The translations under genes were made by a program, and so were the position numbers. Below are positions 9,750-18,554 of a stretch of 64,000 nt of DNA, one piece after another (position 1 is the stretch's first letter; each line of letters opens with the position of its first letter). The notes under the pieces were generated by a model. The model was given only the letters and a program-made list of their open reading frames with translations, made no database searches and was not told where the DNA came from. The stretch comes from Patescibacteria group bacterium (GTDB taxonomy: Bacteria > Patescibacteriota > Microgenomatia > UM-FILTER-40-11). Location of the stretch: positions 2,132 through 66,131 of the forward strand of contig DATKVM010000004.1 of assembly GCA_035530075.1 (NCBI GenBank), written 5' to 3'.

Positions 9750-10466
9750 TTAGTTCTTTTTTCCGGTCAACAACTTTTTTCTGGTCTCTCTAATCGCTAT
9801 CTTGGGAAGCAAGTCTTCATTTTTGCCTAAATAAGTCTCAACTTCCCGTCGGTGAGATTTAATTAGATCCCTTAAAAGCCAGGAAATTGCTTTGGTTATC
9901 AGAATGTCCTTTTCCTTTTTCAGCTTATCGATGTTTTTGAAGGCTAAACTGGACAACCTAGAATCACCGGAATCTCTAACCGTTTTAGTTAGTAAAACTA
10001 AACTCGCTCGCCTTTTGTGGACATTTGGACTAGCCACTAAGCTCTTCAAAAGAATCACCCAATCTTCCCATCTGGTAAGCACCTCTTCGGAAGAAAAGTT
10101 GGATTGACAAATCGAATCCACTTCTGCCCAACCTTCAACTTTATTTAACCAAGCATCAAGATATTTAGGCTTAATTTGCTTTCGTAGTTTAGGGAGAAGC
10201 TCTAAGAGTTTTCCCGCCAGAGAAATTTCCTCGTGTGAATTTCCCTGATAAAGTAGATTAAGAAGCTCCAGATATTCTGGAAAAGAAAGGTCTTTATGTT
10301 TTTTAATCCAATCCTTAATTATCTGCTTTTTTACTCCACTTCTAATTCCATAACAGAATTTAGTGGAGCCAATATAACCTTTATTTCTTTCCTCTTGATG
10401 TTTTGTTCCTTCGCCTGAATACTTTTTCAGTTTAAACAGAAGCTCTTGATAATGAATATTCGTCAT
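9750..10466 (-). CDS. DNA alkylation repair protein (AlkC/AlkD-like HEAT-repeat glycosylase family)
   Basis: A helical repeat protein of 238 aa whose YGIRSGVKKQIIKDW region resembles the DNA_alkylation family. Confidence 0.5.
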   Translation of the reverse strand: MTNIHYQELLFKLKKYSGEGTKHQEERNKGYIGSTKFCYGIRSGVKKQIIKDWIKKHKDLSFPEYLELLNLLYQGNSHEEISLAGKLLELLPKLRKQIKPKYLDAWLNKVEGWAEVDSICQSNFSSEEVLTRWEDWVILLKSLVASPNVHKRRASLVLLTKTVRDSGDSRLSSLAFKNIDKLKKEKDILITKAISWLLRDLIKSHRREVETYLGKNEDLLPKIAIRETRKKLLTGKKN

Positions 10467-10722
10467 TTAGTCAACTTTGGTATAAAAACAAAAAACGCTT
10501 GTTTTTCATCCTTCTCTACTATTCCCATCGGCCAAACCCCCATCTTGGCTAGTTCGACTAATCGAGTAAAATGTAGCTATAAAAAGATTGTTGGTCCGAC
10601 AGAGGGGAAGATCGTCTAAATCTTTGTCCAAAAAGCCATATCTCTATTATATAATTTCGACTCAAGATGAGGATACCGAGGAAAGCCATGGGAATTTTAA
10701 AAACGAATCCCTTCTCAAATTG

Positions 10723-10796
10723 TGAACTGTGGTGGACTCGAACCACCGACCTGTCCGATGTGAACGGACCGCTCTAACCAACTGAGCTAACAGTTC
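10723..10796 (-). tRNA. tRNA-Val (anticodon CAC)
   Basis: The minus-strand sequence GAACTGTTAGCTCAGTTGGTTAGAGCGGTCCGTTCACATCGGACAGGTCGGTGGTTCGAGTCCACCACAGTTCA folds into a cloverleaf. It has a 7-bp acceptor stem, D-arm GCTC/GAGC, anticodon stem GTCCG/CGGAC with loop TTCACAT, and T-arm GGTGG-TTCGAGT-CCACC. CCA is not encoded. Confidence 0.8.
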
Positions 10797-10947
10797 AAAA
10801 GGCTAGTCTTATCCTTCCCGCCTAAATTCCCTTCAAGAAAAGTTTTGCTTTTTTAATGAACAAAACTAGATTATAATGTAACTGAGCCTAAAAACATTAA
10901 TTTTGGCGGGTTGACTCCAATTATACCAGAAGCTAAACTCAGAGAAT

Positions 10948-11529
10948 ATGGTGAACTTTTTCAAAAAAGTCGCTCAATTTTTTTTGGACACAATCCAGGC
11001 AATTGTCTTGGCTCTCTCGATTTTTATTATCGTTTATCTTTTTCTATTTCAACCGCACCAGGTCAAAGGCGGTTCGATGTACCCCAGCTTTCACAACGGT
11101 GAATTTCTGCTTACAAATAAGATTTCCTACCGTTTTGATCTTCCCCAAAGAGGAGATGTCATTGTTTTTAAGGCGCCGGAAAGTGAGCCGTGCGCGGAAA
11201 TTGAATGCGAATACATTAAAAGAATCATTGCCTTGCCGGGAGAGAGGGTTAAAGTAGAAAATGGCCAGATTTTTATTGATGAACGGCCACTGGATGAATC
11301 GGATTATCTTTCGCGGGAAGTAATAACGAGCGCGGGCTCTTTCTTAGGTGAAGGAACGGAAAGGGTTATTCCCGAAGGCTATTATCTGCCCTTGGGAGAC
11401 AACCGCGCTTATTCCCGGGACGGTCGTGAATTTGGACCGATTCCTCGAGAGTCAATCGTTGGCAAAGCCTGGCTAAGGTATTGGCCTTTGCCAAAAACCG
11501 GGTTGGTCAAACACGAAGACTACCCCTAG
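10948..11529 (+). CDS. lepB: Signal peptidase I
   Basis: The protein has an N-terminal TM and a catalytic Ser box (GGSMYPSF). The Lys box and GDNRAYSRDGREFGPIP match S26-family motifs. Confidence 0.85.
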   Translation: MVNFFKKVAQFFLDTIQAIVLALSIFIIVYLFLFQPHQVKGGSMYPSFHNGEFLLTNKISYRFDLPQRGDVIVFKAPESEPCAEIECEYIKRIIALPGERVKVENGQIFIDERPLDESDYLSREVITSAGSFLGEGTERVIPEGYYLPLGDNRAYSRDGREFGPIPRESIVGKAWLRYWPLPKTGLVKHEDYP

Positions 11530-11531
11530 AA

Positions 11532-12374
11532 CTACTGACAGATACTTTTGTAAACTTTTTGGAGTTTCTCTTCCGTTTCTTCTAAACTGCCGAAAAGAGA
11601 AATGGTAATTCTGGTCTCAACGCGAGAACGCGTTAATTTCACTCCGGTCTTCTTCTCTTGACGGTCAATAGAAACAAGGGCTCTTTCAATATCATCCCGA
11701 ATCTGATCAATCGTTTCGTTGACAATCCGCTGAATTTTTTGTTTGGGAGCAATTCCTTGAGTTTGCTGCTTCATCCGCCGAGCCAAATCTTCCGCTCTTC
11801 TCACCGAACTCGACTCTCGTAAAACAATCTTGTAAGCCTCAATCATTAACCTCGGGTCAGAAATCGCGGCCAGCGCCCGGGCATGACCCTCAGTTATTAG
11901 TCCCGAAAGAATCCCGTCTTTAATCGCGTCCGGCAGGGATAAAAGCCGTAACGAATTAGAAACATAAGCTTGACTTTTGCCCACTCGGCGAGCAATTTCC
12001 GCCGTGGAAAGATTAAATTCGTCAATTAACCGCTGGAAAGCCCTAGCCCGCTCCAACGGGTTTAAATCCACCCGCTGAACATTCTCCACAATGGCCATTT
12101 CCAGCATACCCCGCGGGGTGGTTTCTTTAATAATTGCGGGAATCGTCTTTAAACCAACAATTTTCGCCGATCGCCAGCGCCTCTCCCCAGCAATAATTTG
12201 AAAACCGGCAGGAGTTTTAGCTACCACTAGCGGCTCCAAGATGCCATGCTCGCGAACCGAATCAACTAAATCAACCAGACTTTCGGGAGTAATAACACCG
12301 CGGGGCTGAAGAGGGTTTGATTGGAGCTCGTCAATCAAAAGCTGGACTATCACCATATTGCTGTCATCAGACAT
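11532..12374 (-). CDS. parB: ParB/Spo0J-family partition protein
   Basis: A ParB N-terminal box (GILEPLVV...IIAGERRWRSAK) is followed by an HTH region. Confidence 0.85.
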   Translation of the reverse strand: MSDDSNMVIVQLLIDELQSNPLQPRGVITPESLVDLVDSVREHGILEPLVVAKTPAGFQIIAGERRWRSAKIVGLKTIPAIIKETTPRGMLEMAIVENVQRVDLNPLERARAFQRLIDEFNLSTAEIARRVGKSQAYVSNSLRLLSLPDAIKDGILSGLITEGHARALAAISDPRLMIEAYKIVLRESSSVRRAEDLARRMKQQTQGIAPKQKIQRIVNETIDQIRDDIERALVSIDRQEKKTGVKLTRSRVETRITISLFGSLEETEEKLQKVYKSICQ

Positions 12375-12375
12375 T

Positions 12376-12621
12376 TTAGACTACCTCCACTATTTTTCTC
12401 CCTTTCAGGGTTTTAAAATTAACTTGACCGCCTTTTAAGGCAAAAAGGGTGTAGTCCCGCCCCACCCTGACGCCAATTCCCGGCAAAAAGGTAGATCCTC
12501 TCTGACGCACAATAATACTTCCCACCTTAACCGGTCGTCCACTGGAAACTTTTATCCCTAAACGTCGACCTCTTCGGGGAGTCCCTTGTCTTGCTCGTCC
12601 ACCAGCTTTAACGTGTGCCAT
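12376..12621 (-). CDS. rpmA: 50S ribosomal protein L27
   Basis: The sequence MAHVKAGG...IIVRQRGS...G.D.TLFAL is the conserved L27 sequence. Confidence 0.9.
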   Translation of the reverse strand: MAHVKAGGRARQGTPRRGRRLGIKVSSGRPVKVGSIIVRQRGSTFLPGIGVRVGRDYTLFALKGGQVNFKTLKGRKIVEVV

Positions 12622-12678
12622 ATCTATTAAAGACTATAAATTAACTTTTCACGGAAGTCAAGTCCAATTGTTAGCGGA

Positions 12679-12993
12679 TTATAAGCTGATTTTCTCGACT
12701 TGAATTAATGTTTTTTGAGGACGAAAACCCATCTTCCGCCGATAACCAGTTTTGGCTTTAAACTTAAAAATATCCAATTTTGGACCCAAGAATTGTTTTA
12801 TCACTTTGGCAGTCACTTGGCTCCCTTTTACTACCGGCCGACCAATTTTCACTTGGCCATCCTCTTTAACCAGCAAAACTTCGGCAAATTCAACTTTCTC
12901 GCCTTCCTTTCCCGGCAACCGATTAACCGCCAGCTGGTCACCCTCACTGACTTTAAATTGCATTCCCTGAATTTTCACCACGGCGTATTTCAT
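12679..12993 (-). CDS. rplU: 50S ribosomal protein L21
   Basis: MKYAVVKIQGMQFKVSEGD matches the L21 N-terminus. The start was moved to internal Met codon 15 of the ORF. Confidence 0.85.
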   Translation of the reverse strand: MKYAVVKIQGMQFKVSEGDQLAVNRLPGKEGEKVEFAEVLLVKEDGQVKIGRPVVKGSQVTAKVIKQFLGPKLDIFKFKAKTGYRRKMGFRPQKTLIQVEKISL

Positions 12994-13042
12994 AAAGTGA
13001 TATTTTACTTCAACTGCCGGCAATTTGCAATTCAAAGTTACC

Positions 13043-14113
13043 TTATTTTATCTCTAGGACTCTCTCCTCTCCTTTTTGGCGGGAAATCGCTTCTAAAATA
13101 CCCAAACTTATCATCGTCGCCAAAATCGAGCTACCGCCGTAAGAAATTAGCGGCAGAGTAATCCCCGTTATCGGCAGCAAACCGATATTCATTCCCAAAT
13201 TAACCGTCGTCTGGAAAAAGAGGGAGAAAAATAGACCCATCGCTAAAAGGAAAAGCGGTCGCTGACGGGTTTGTTGAGCAATCTTCAAAATCCGCCAGAA
13301 AAGCAGTAAATAGAGACCAAAAACTATTCCCGACCCCACCAGTCCCAGCTCTTCCGCCAAAGAAGCAAAAATAAAATCGGTGTGTTTTTCCGGCAGGAAA
13401 GCGAGATGGCTTTGCGTCCCTCGACCTAAGCCTCGACCGAAAATTCCGCCACTACCGATAGCAATTTTTGACTGAATCAAATTATAGCCCTCACCCAACG
13501 GGTCAGAATAAGGGTTAGGGAAATGAACAATTCTCATTTTTTGATAATCATGAAGAGTAAACCAAGCTAAAGGAAAAATCACCCCCACGACCAAAACTAA
13601 GAGCAAAAGCTGGCGCCATTTAATACCAGAAAAAAGGAGAACCCCGCCAAAGATGCTTAAAACCACCAAGGCGCTCCCCAAGTCCGGCTGCAGAAAAATT
13701 AAGAGAACCGCTGGAAAAAAAATACCGCTAAAGAAAAAAAGCCTTTTAAGACTAAAGTTTTCCTTCGTCCAAAACCAAGCTGCCAGAAGTGACAAAAAAG
13801 GTTTAACTATTTCCGAGGGCTGAATCGTAAAACTACCCAAGGGAATCCAGCGCACCGAGCCCCGAGTAACTGTCCCAACCAAAAAAGGCAAAATAAGGAA
13901 AAGAAGAGATAAAAGATAAATTAAAGGGGAAAGCGGAAAAAGAATATCCAAATCAAAAAAGGAAAAAAAGAGAAAAAATCCCAAGGCCAAAAGAATATAT
14001 AAGAGATGCTGGGGTAAATGAGAAGGGGAAACGCTGGCAATAATGCCAAGACCAAAACCAAGCAAAAACAAAGCGGGTAAAATCAAATACCAATCAAATT
14101 TAGGCCGAAGCAT
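13043..14113 (-). CDS. SEDS-family peptidoglycan glycosyltransferase (RodA/FtsW-like)
   Basis: Ten predicted TM segments with conserved SEDS motifs in the C-terminal half (FIFA, PEKHTDFIFA, GLLP.TG..LPLISYGGSS). This is a second SEDS paralogue besides the dcw-cluster ftsW, so it is likely RodA. Confidence 0.8.
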   Translation of the reverse strand: MLRPKFDWYLILPALFLLGFGLGIIASVSPSHLPQHLLYILLALGFFLFFSFFDLDILFPLSPLIYLLSLLFLILPFLVGTVTRGSVRWIPLGSFTIQPSEIVKPFLSLLAAWFWTKENFSLKRLFFFSGIFFPAVLLIFLQPDLGSALVVLSIFGGVLLFSGIKWRQLLLLVLVVGVIFPLAWFTLHDYQKMRIVHFPNPYSDPLGEGYNLIQSKIAIGSGGIFGRGLGRGTQSHLAFLPEKHTDFIFASLAEELGLVGSGIVFGLYLLLFWRILKIAQQTRQRPLFLLAMGLFFSLFFQTTVNLGMNIGLLPITGITLPLISYGGSSILATMISLGILEAISRQKGEERVLEIK

Positions 14114-14160
14114 TACCTAAAAGTATCACAAGTATCAAAAGTATCACAAGTATTAAAAGC

Positions 14161-16977
14161 TTATTTACTACCCCTAATACCCTTCACTTCAAGTTTTTCC
14201 GCAGGATAAAGTTTCTTGGCTAATGTTTTTCTTTTAATCTCCCCCTCAAACTTCTTGGGCCAAGAAGGAAGACCCACTTCAATTAAATCAGAGAGTTCGC
14301 AGCCGGCTTCTTTTCTCGCTTCCTGAATCATCCTGACAATTTCTCGCGCTTCTCCCTCCTCCTTCAGCTCGGCAGTAATGGTGGTGTCCAGCTCCACCGA
14401 AAGCTCCCCTTTGCCTGTCTCTACCACGACTTTTTTGACGTTAAGTTCATCCTTAATCAAGTCTAAAAACGGCTCTTCAAGGGAAATCGGCAAATTTAAA
14501 ACGGTCAATTTTCTTAAAGGCTGTCTGGATTTAATCCCCGCTAACCTTCTCTTAGAATTACCTTGTTCGCTTAATTCTCTAACCAAGGCCATTTTTCCTT
14601 CCAGCCCTTTATCAATCTGACTCACCTTTACCTTTGGCCAGTCTTCCAAATGAACCGAAAGGTTGCCAGTCAGGTTTTTATAAATTTCCTCGCTTATAAA
14701 AGGCGCGAGAGGCGCCACCGCCTTAGCAAAAACAGTTAGCACTTCATAAAGAGTGGTCAAAGCTTTTTCGTCTCCCTCTTGAAACCGTTCTCGAGAACGA
14801 CGGATATACCAACGGGAAAGGTCATCAATAAAGCCAGGCACTAGCCCTACCGCTTTTTGAACATTATATTTCCCAAAAAAATCGCTATATTCTTTTAAGA
14901 AAGACCAAAGCCGGCTTTCCAGCCAGCGGTCCAAAACATTCTCGCTCACCGTTCTTCGCGGACACCAGTCTTTAGCTTCTGCTAGAGTGACGAAATAGCG
15001 ATAGGAATTCCAAAGCGGCAAGAGGATATTCCTTACTTGATTGGCTATCTCCTCCTCAGAAACAATCAGATCCTCTCCCGCCATGACCTGGCTATTAATC
15101 AGATAAAGCCTCAAAGCGTCGCCGCCGTATTTTAAAAGAACTTCCTTCGGGTCAGGAAAATTACCCAGGGACTTGCTCATCTTCTTACCGTCTGACCCCA
15201 AAATCACCCCGGTAACTAAGGCATTTTTAAAACAGTTCGTTCCTAAAAGCGCATTGGAGAGGACATGCAGATAGTAAAACCAGGCCCGAAGCTGACCAGT
15301 ATACTCGGAAATAAAATCGGCCGGGAAACTTCGTTCAAACTGTTCCTTATTTTCAAAAGGATAGTGCCACTCGCCGTATGGCATCGCTCCTGACTCCATC
15401 CAACAATCCAAAACTTCTAGCACTCGTTTTGCTTCTCCCTGGCAGCGGCGGCATTTGACCGTAATCTTGTCAATATCCGGCCGATGAAGGTCGGTAACTT
15501 TTTGGCCTGATGCTTCCTCAATTTCCTTAATTGAACCAAAAACATACCGCTCGCCGCACTGACATTCCCAAACCGGGAGCGGCGTCCCCCAGTAGCGGGT
15601 CCGGGAAATACACCAATGGGGGGCAGATTTAATATTGATGGTAAAGCGGCCATATTTAAAGTAAGTTGGGAACCAATAAATCTTCTTGTTACTCTCAAGC
15701 ATGCTTTTCCTTATCTGGTCAATATCTACATACCACGCTTCCTGAGATTTATAAATTAAAGGGGTATCACAGCGATAGCAGAAAGGGTAACTATGGACAA
15801 TCTTCTCTTCCTTAAAAAGCAACCCCCTCTCCCGTAAGTTATTAGTCACTAATGGGTCAGCATCCTTAATAAAGGTGCCCGTCCAAGGCTTAACTCGGTC
15901 AATATATCTCCCTTCATCATCCAGCGAGTCAGCCAAGCTTAAGTGAAATCTTTCCCCTAAAAGGCTGTCGTCCTCGCCGAAACCCGGCGCAATATGAACT
16001 ACGCCGGTCCCTTCATCCATGGCGACAAAAGTTGCCGGATAGACCTTAAAATCGTTTTCATTACCGGCAAAAAAGTCAAACAATGGCTCATATTCCTTAC
16101 CCACTAACTCCTCCCCTTTGAGCTTTCGCAAAACTCTCTCTTCGGGAAAATATTCTTTATATCTTTTTTGGGCCAGAAGATATTTTTCGCCTTCTTGCTC
16201 CACCTCAACATAAACCTGCCGCGGGTCAACGGCTAAGGCGAAATTGGTCGGCAAAGTCCAGGGGGTGGTCGTCCAGGCTAAAATGGAAGTATTAGGCTCT
16301 CCTTTGACTTTAAATTTTATCGTAATCGCCGGGTCGCTTACATTCCGGTAGCAACCTTCATCCATCGTAATCTCAAACTTGGAAAGCGGGGTGGCACAGC
16401 GGGGACAATACAAAGAAACCCGTCTTCCTTTATAAATCAGCCCTCTATCGTAAAGCTCTTTAAAAACCCAAAGGACCGTTTCCATATAATCCCGATCCAT
16501 GGTCCGGTAAGCATTTTTAAAATCCACCCAGCGGCCGATATGGTCAACATACCACTCCCATTCAGAGGAAGTTTTGCTCACAAAATCGCGACAAGCTTCG
16601 ATGAAATTGCCTACGCCCATCTCCTCAATATCCCGCTTGCATTTCAGCTTTAAATTCTTCTCCACCGCTGTTTCTGCCGGTAAGCCATGGCAATCCCATC
16701 CCCAAACTCTTCTAATCCGATAACCTTTCATGGTCCAGAAGCGCAGAACGACATCTTTGGCAACGCTGGATAAGAGCGAACCATAATGAGGCAAGCCAGT
16801 GATGAAAGGAGGACCATCATAGAAAGAATAAACCTTATCTTTAGGCTTTTCTTCAATCGATTGTTCGAAAATATGACCCTCTTTCCAAAAGCTCAAAATT
16901 CGCTCATCCAGTTCAGCAAAATTTAATTCTGCCGGCACAGTGGTAAATTTTATTCTTTTAGTGGTTTTCTTTTCCAT
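14161..16977 (-). CDS. ileS: Isoleucyl-tRNA synthetase
   Basis: A class I aaRS with a HIGH-region variant (PPFITGLPHYGS), KMSKS and an Ile-type editing domain. The 938-aa length fits IleRS. Confidence 0.85.
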   Translation of the reverse strand: MEKKTTKRIKFTTVPAELNFAELDERILSFWKEGHIFEQSIEEKPKDKVYSFYDGPPFITGLPHYGSLLSSVAKDVVLRFWTMKGYRIRRVWGWDCHGLPAETAVEKNLKLKCKRDIEEMGVGNFIEACRDFVSKTSSEWEWYVDHIGRWVDFKNAYRTMDRDYMETVLWVFKELYDRGLIYKGRRVSLYCPRCATPLSKFEITMDEGCYRNVSDPAITIKFKVKGEPNTSILAWTTTPWTLPTNFALAVDPRQVYVEVEQEGEKYLLAQKRYKEYFPEERVLRKLKGEELVGKEYEPLFDFFAGNENDFKVYPATFVAMDEGTGVVHIAPGFGEDDSLLGERFHLSLADSLDDEGRYIDRVKPWTGTFIKDADPLVTNNLRERGLLFKEEKIVHSYPFCYRCDTPLIYKSQEAWYVDIDQIRKSMLESNKKIYWFPTYFKYGRFTINIKSAPHWCISRTRYWGTPLPVWECQCGERYVFGSIKEIEEASGQKVTDLHRPDIDKITVKCRRCQGEAKRVLEVLDCWMESGAMPYGEWHYPFENKEQFERSFPADFISEYTGQLRAWFYYLHVLSNALLGTNCFKNALVTGVILGSDGKKMSKSLGNFPDPKEVLLKYGGDALRLYLINSQVMAGEDLIVSEEEIANQVRNILLPLWNSYRYFVTLAEAKDWCPRRTVSENVLDRWLESRLWSFLKEYSDFFGKYNVQKAVGLVPGFIDDLSRWYIRRSRERFQEGDEKALTTLYEVLTVFAKAVAPLAPFISEEIYKNLTGNLSVHLEDWPKVKVSQIDKGLEGKMALVRELSEQGNSKRRLAGIKSRQPLRKLTVLNLPISLEEPFLDLIKDELNVKKVVVETGKGELSVELDTTITAELKEEGEAREIVRMIQEARKEAGCELSDLIEVGLPSWPKKFEGEIKRKTLAKKLYPAEKLEVKGIRGSK

Positions 16978-16984
16978 AATTGTC

Positions 16985-17200
16985 TTTCCTTAATAATACC
17001 AAAAAAGCCCACCCGCCAAAGGGTGAGCTTGCTCACGGTACCACCTTTTATAACTTATTCTCGCTTTAACGGGCTTACCCGGCTTGGTCTAATTTCCCAA
17101 ATGGTGAGCCTGTCGAACCACTCAGGATTTCTTCAAGCAGCTTGGTGTTGATTGCAATCAGCTAAGCTGACACACCTCAAATGCTTTTACCACAATTATG
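16985..17200 (-). promoter_or_regulatory. Putative T-box riboswitch leader of ileS
   Basis: The minus strand reads AAAAGGTGGTACCGTGAGC, a T-box-like AGGGTGGNACCGCG element. It is immediately followed by a terminator hairpin GCTCACCC-TTTGGC-GGGTGGGC plus TTTTTTGG, just before the ileS start. A candidate specifier GCAATCAAC (AUC followed by A) lies upstream. Confidence 0.5.
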
Positions 17201-17205
17201 AGTCT

Positions 17206-17234
17206 ATTATACTAAAAAATCTTTCCTGCAGCAA
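17206..17234 (-). promoter_or_regulatory. Sigma70-like promoter for the ileS leader
   Basis: The minus strand reads TTGCTG, a 17-nt spacer, then TATAAT. Confidence 0.4.
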
Positions 17235-17295
17235 CTTACGATAATTGGAATTTTGGATTTTGGAATTGTTTAGAAATTAGGATTTAGAAATTTAG

Positions 17296-18432
17296 CTAGT
17301 GTTGTCTCCCTAATCTCAAGAAGGCGGGGACTTCGTACTCTTCACCCATTTCATCCAAGGGGGCCTCGGTATCCGTCTCGCCGTTTCCTCCGGGAGTTGA
17401 CGTTTTAGTCGTTGGAGAAGCGGTAGAAAAGACTTTCGCCGCCGGTGGCTGAACCATTCGCCGTAAATTCAGCTTTGATTCATCGAAACCGGTAGCGATG
17501 ACCGAAACTTTAATTTGGTCAACCATTTTTTGATCAATACTCGCGCCAAAGATAATATTAGCATCAGCATCCGCATTCTCCGTAATAATTTTCGAGGCCT
17601 CTTCTACCTCCGCCATCGTTAAATCCGAGCCACCAGTAATGGTGAAAAGAATCCCCCGGGCGCCGTTAATGGAAACTTCCAGCAGGGGAGAAGCAATCGC
17701 ATTTCGAGCCCCGGCTTGGGCCCGATTTTCACCTATGCCAACTCCAATACCCATAAAGGCACTCCCGGCGTCTTTCATAATCGATTTAATATCAGCAAAA
17801 TCTCGGTTAATCAGCCCGGGGAGAGTAATGATGTCCGAAATTCCATGGACCCCTTGAGCCAAAACCGAATCTACCGTCTTAAAGGCTTCGACTAAGGTAA
17901 TTTTGCGGTCAATTGAATCGAGTAGTTTCTGATTGGGAATAACAATCAAGGCATCGACCTTGTCTTTCAATTTGACAATCCCCTCCTCCGCCGCTACCAT
18001 TCGCCGTGTTCCCTCAAATAAAAAGGGTTTCGTCACAACCGCAATTGTCAGAGCCCCTTGTTCCTTGGCGATTTCGGCAATAATCGGGGATGCTCCCGTC
18101 CCTGTTCCGCCCCCCATCCCGGCGGTGATAAAAACCATATCCGTGTCGGCCAACATCTCCTTAATTTTTTCCCGAGATTCTTCGGCTGATTGGCTTCCAA
18201 TCTCCGGATTACCACCAACTCCCAAACCACGAGTCAAATTCTCTCCAATTTGGAGTTTAATCCCCGCCTGATTAGCTAAAAGTGCCTGAGCGTCAGTATT
18301 GATGGCGACAAAATCTACCCCCGCAATTAAGTCCTCGAACACCATGGTATTAATCGCATTACTACCACCGCCACCAATTCCTAAAACTTTAATTTTGGCA
18401 AAACGGGCAACATCAGGTTTAACTAAAGCCAT
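17296..18432 (-). CDS. ftsZ: Cell division GTPase FtsZ
   Basis: The GGGTGTG tubulin signature, the T7 loop and a C-terminal tail are present. Confidence 0.95.
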   Translation of the reverse strand: MALVKPDVARFAKIKVLGIGGGGSNAINTMVFEDLIAGVDFVAINTDAQALLANQAGIKLQIGENLTRGLGVGGNPEIGSQSAEESREKIKEMLADTDMVFITAGMGGGTGTGASPIIAEIAKEQGALTIAVVTKPFLFEGTRRMVAAEEGIVKLKDKVDALIVIPNQKLLDSIDRKITLVEAFKTVDSVLAQGVHGISDIITLPGLINRDFADIKSIMKDAGSAFMGIGVGIGENRAQAGARNAIASPLLEVSINGARGILFTITGGSDLTMAEVEEASKIITENADADANIIFGASIDQKMVDQIKVSVIATGFDESKLNLRRMVQPPAAKVFSTASPTTKTSTPGGNGETDTEAPLDEMGEEYEVPAFLRLGRQH

Positions 18433-18554
18433 AACTTTTCTCTCGCCGAATCTTTAATAGAAGCTGCTTTTTTATTCCTAAAATTGCCATCACCAAAAGA
18501 AAAACATCGCGCCTCTTTCATTCACCAAATTATACCATATCAGAGAAAAGCAAT

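Noticed and set aside
10483-10506. Small hairpin AAAAACAA-AAAACGC-TTGTTTTT between the AlkD-like gene and tRNA-Val
   Set aside because: The stem is pure A/T with low predicted stability, so it cannot be distinguished from chance in AT-rich intergenic DNA.
12715-13161. Plus-strand ORFs of 148 and 72 aa opposite rplU
   Set aside because: They are antisense to a ribosomal protein gene with unmistakable L21 sequence.
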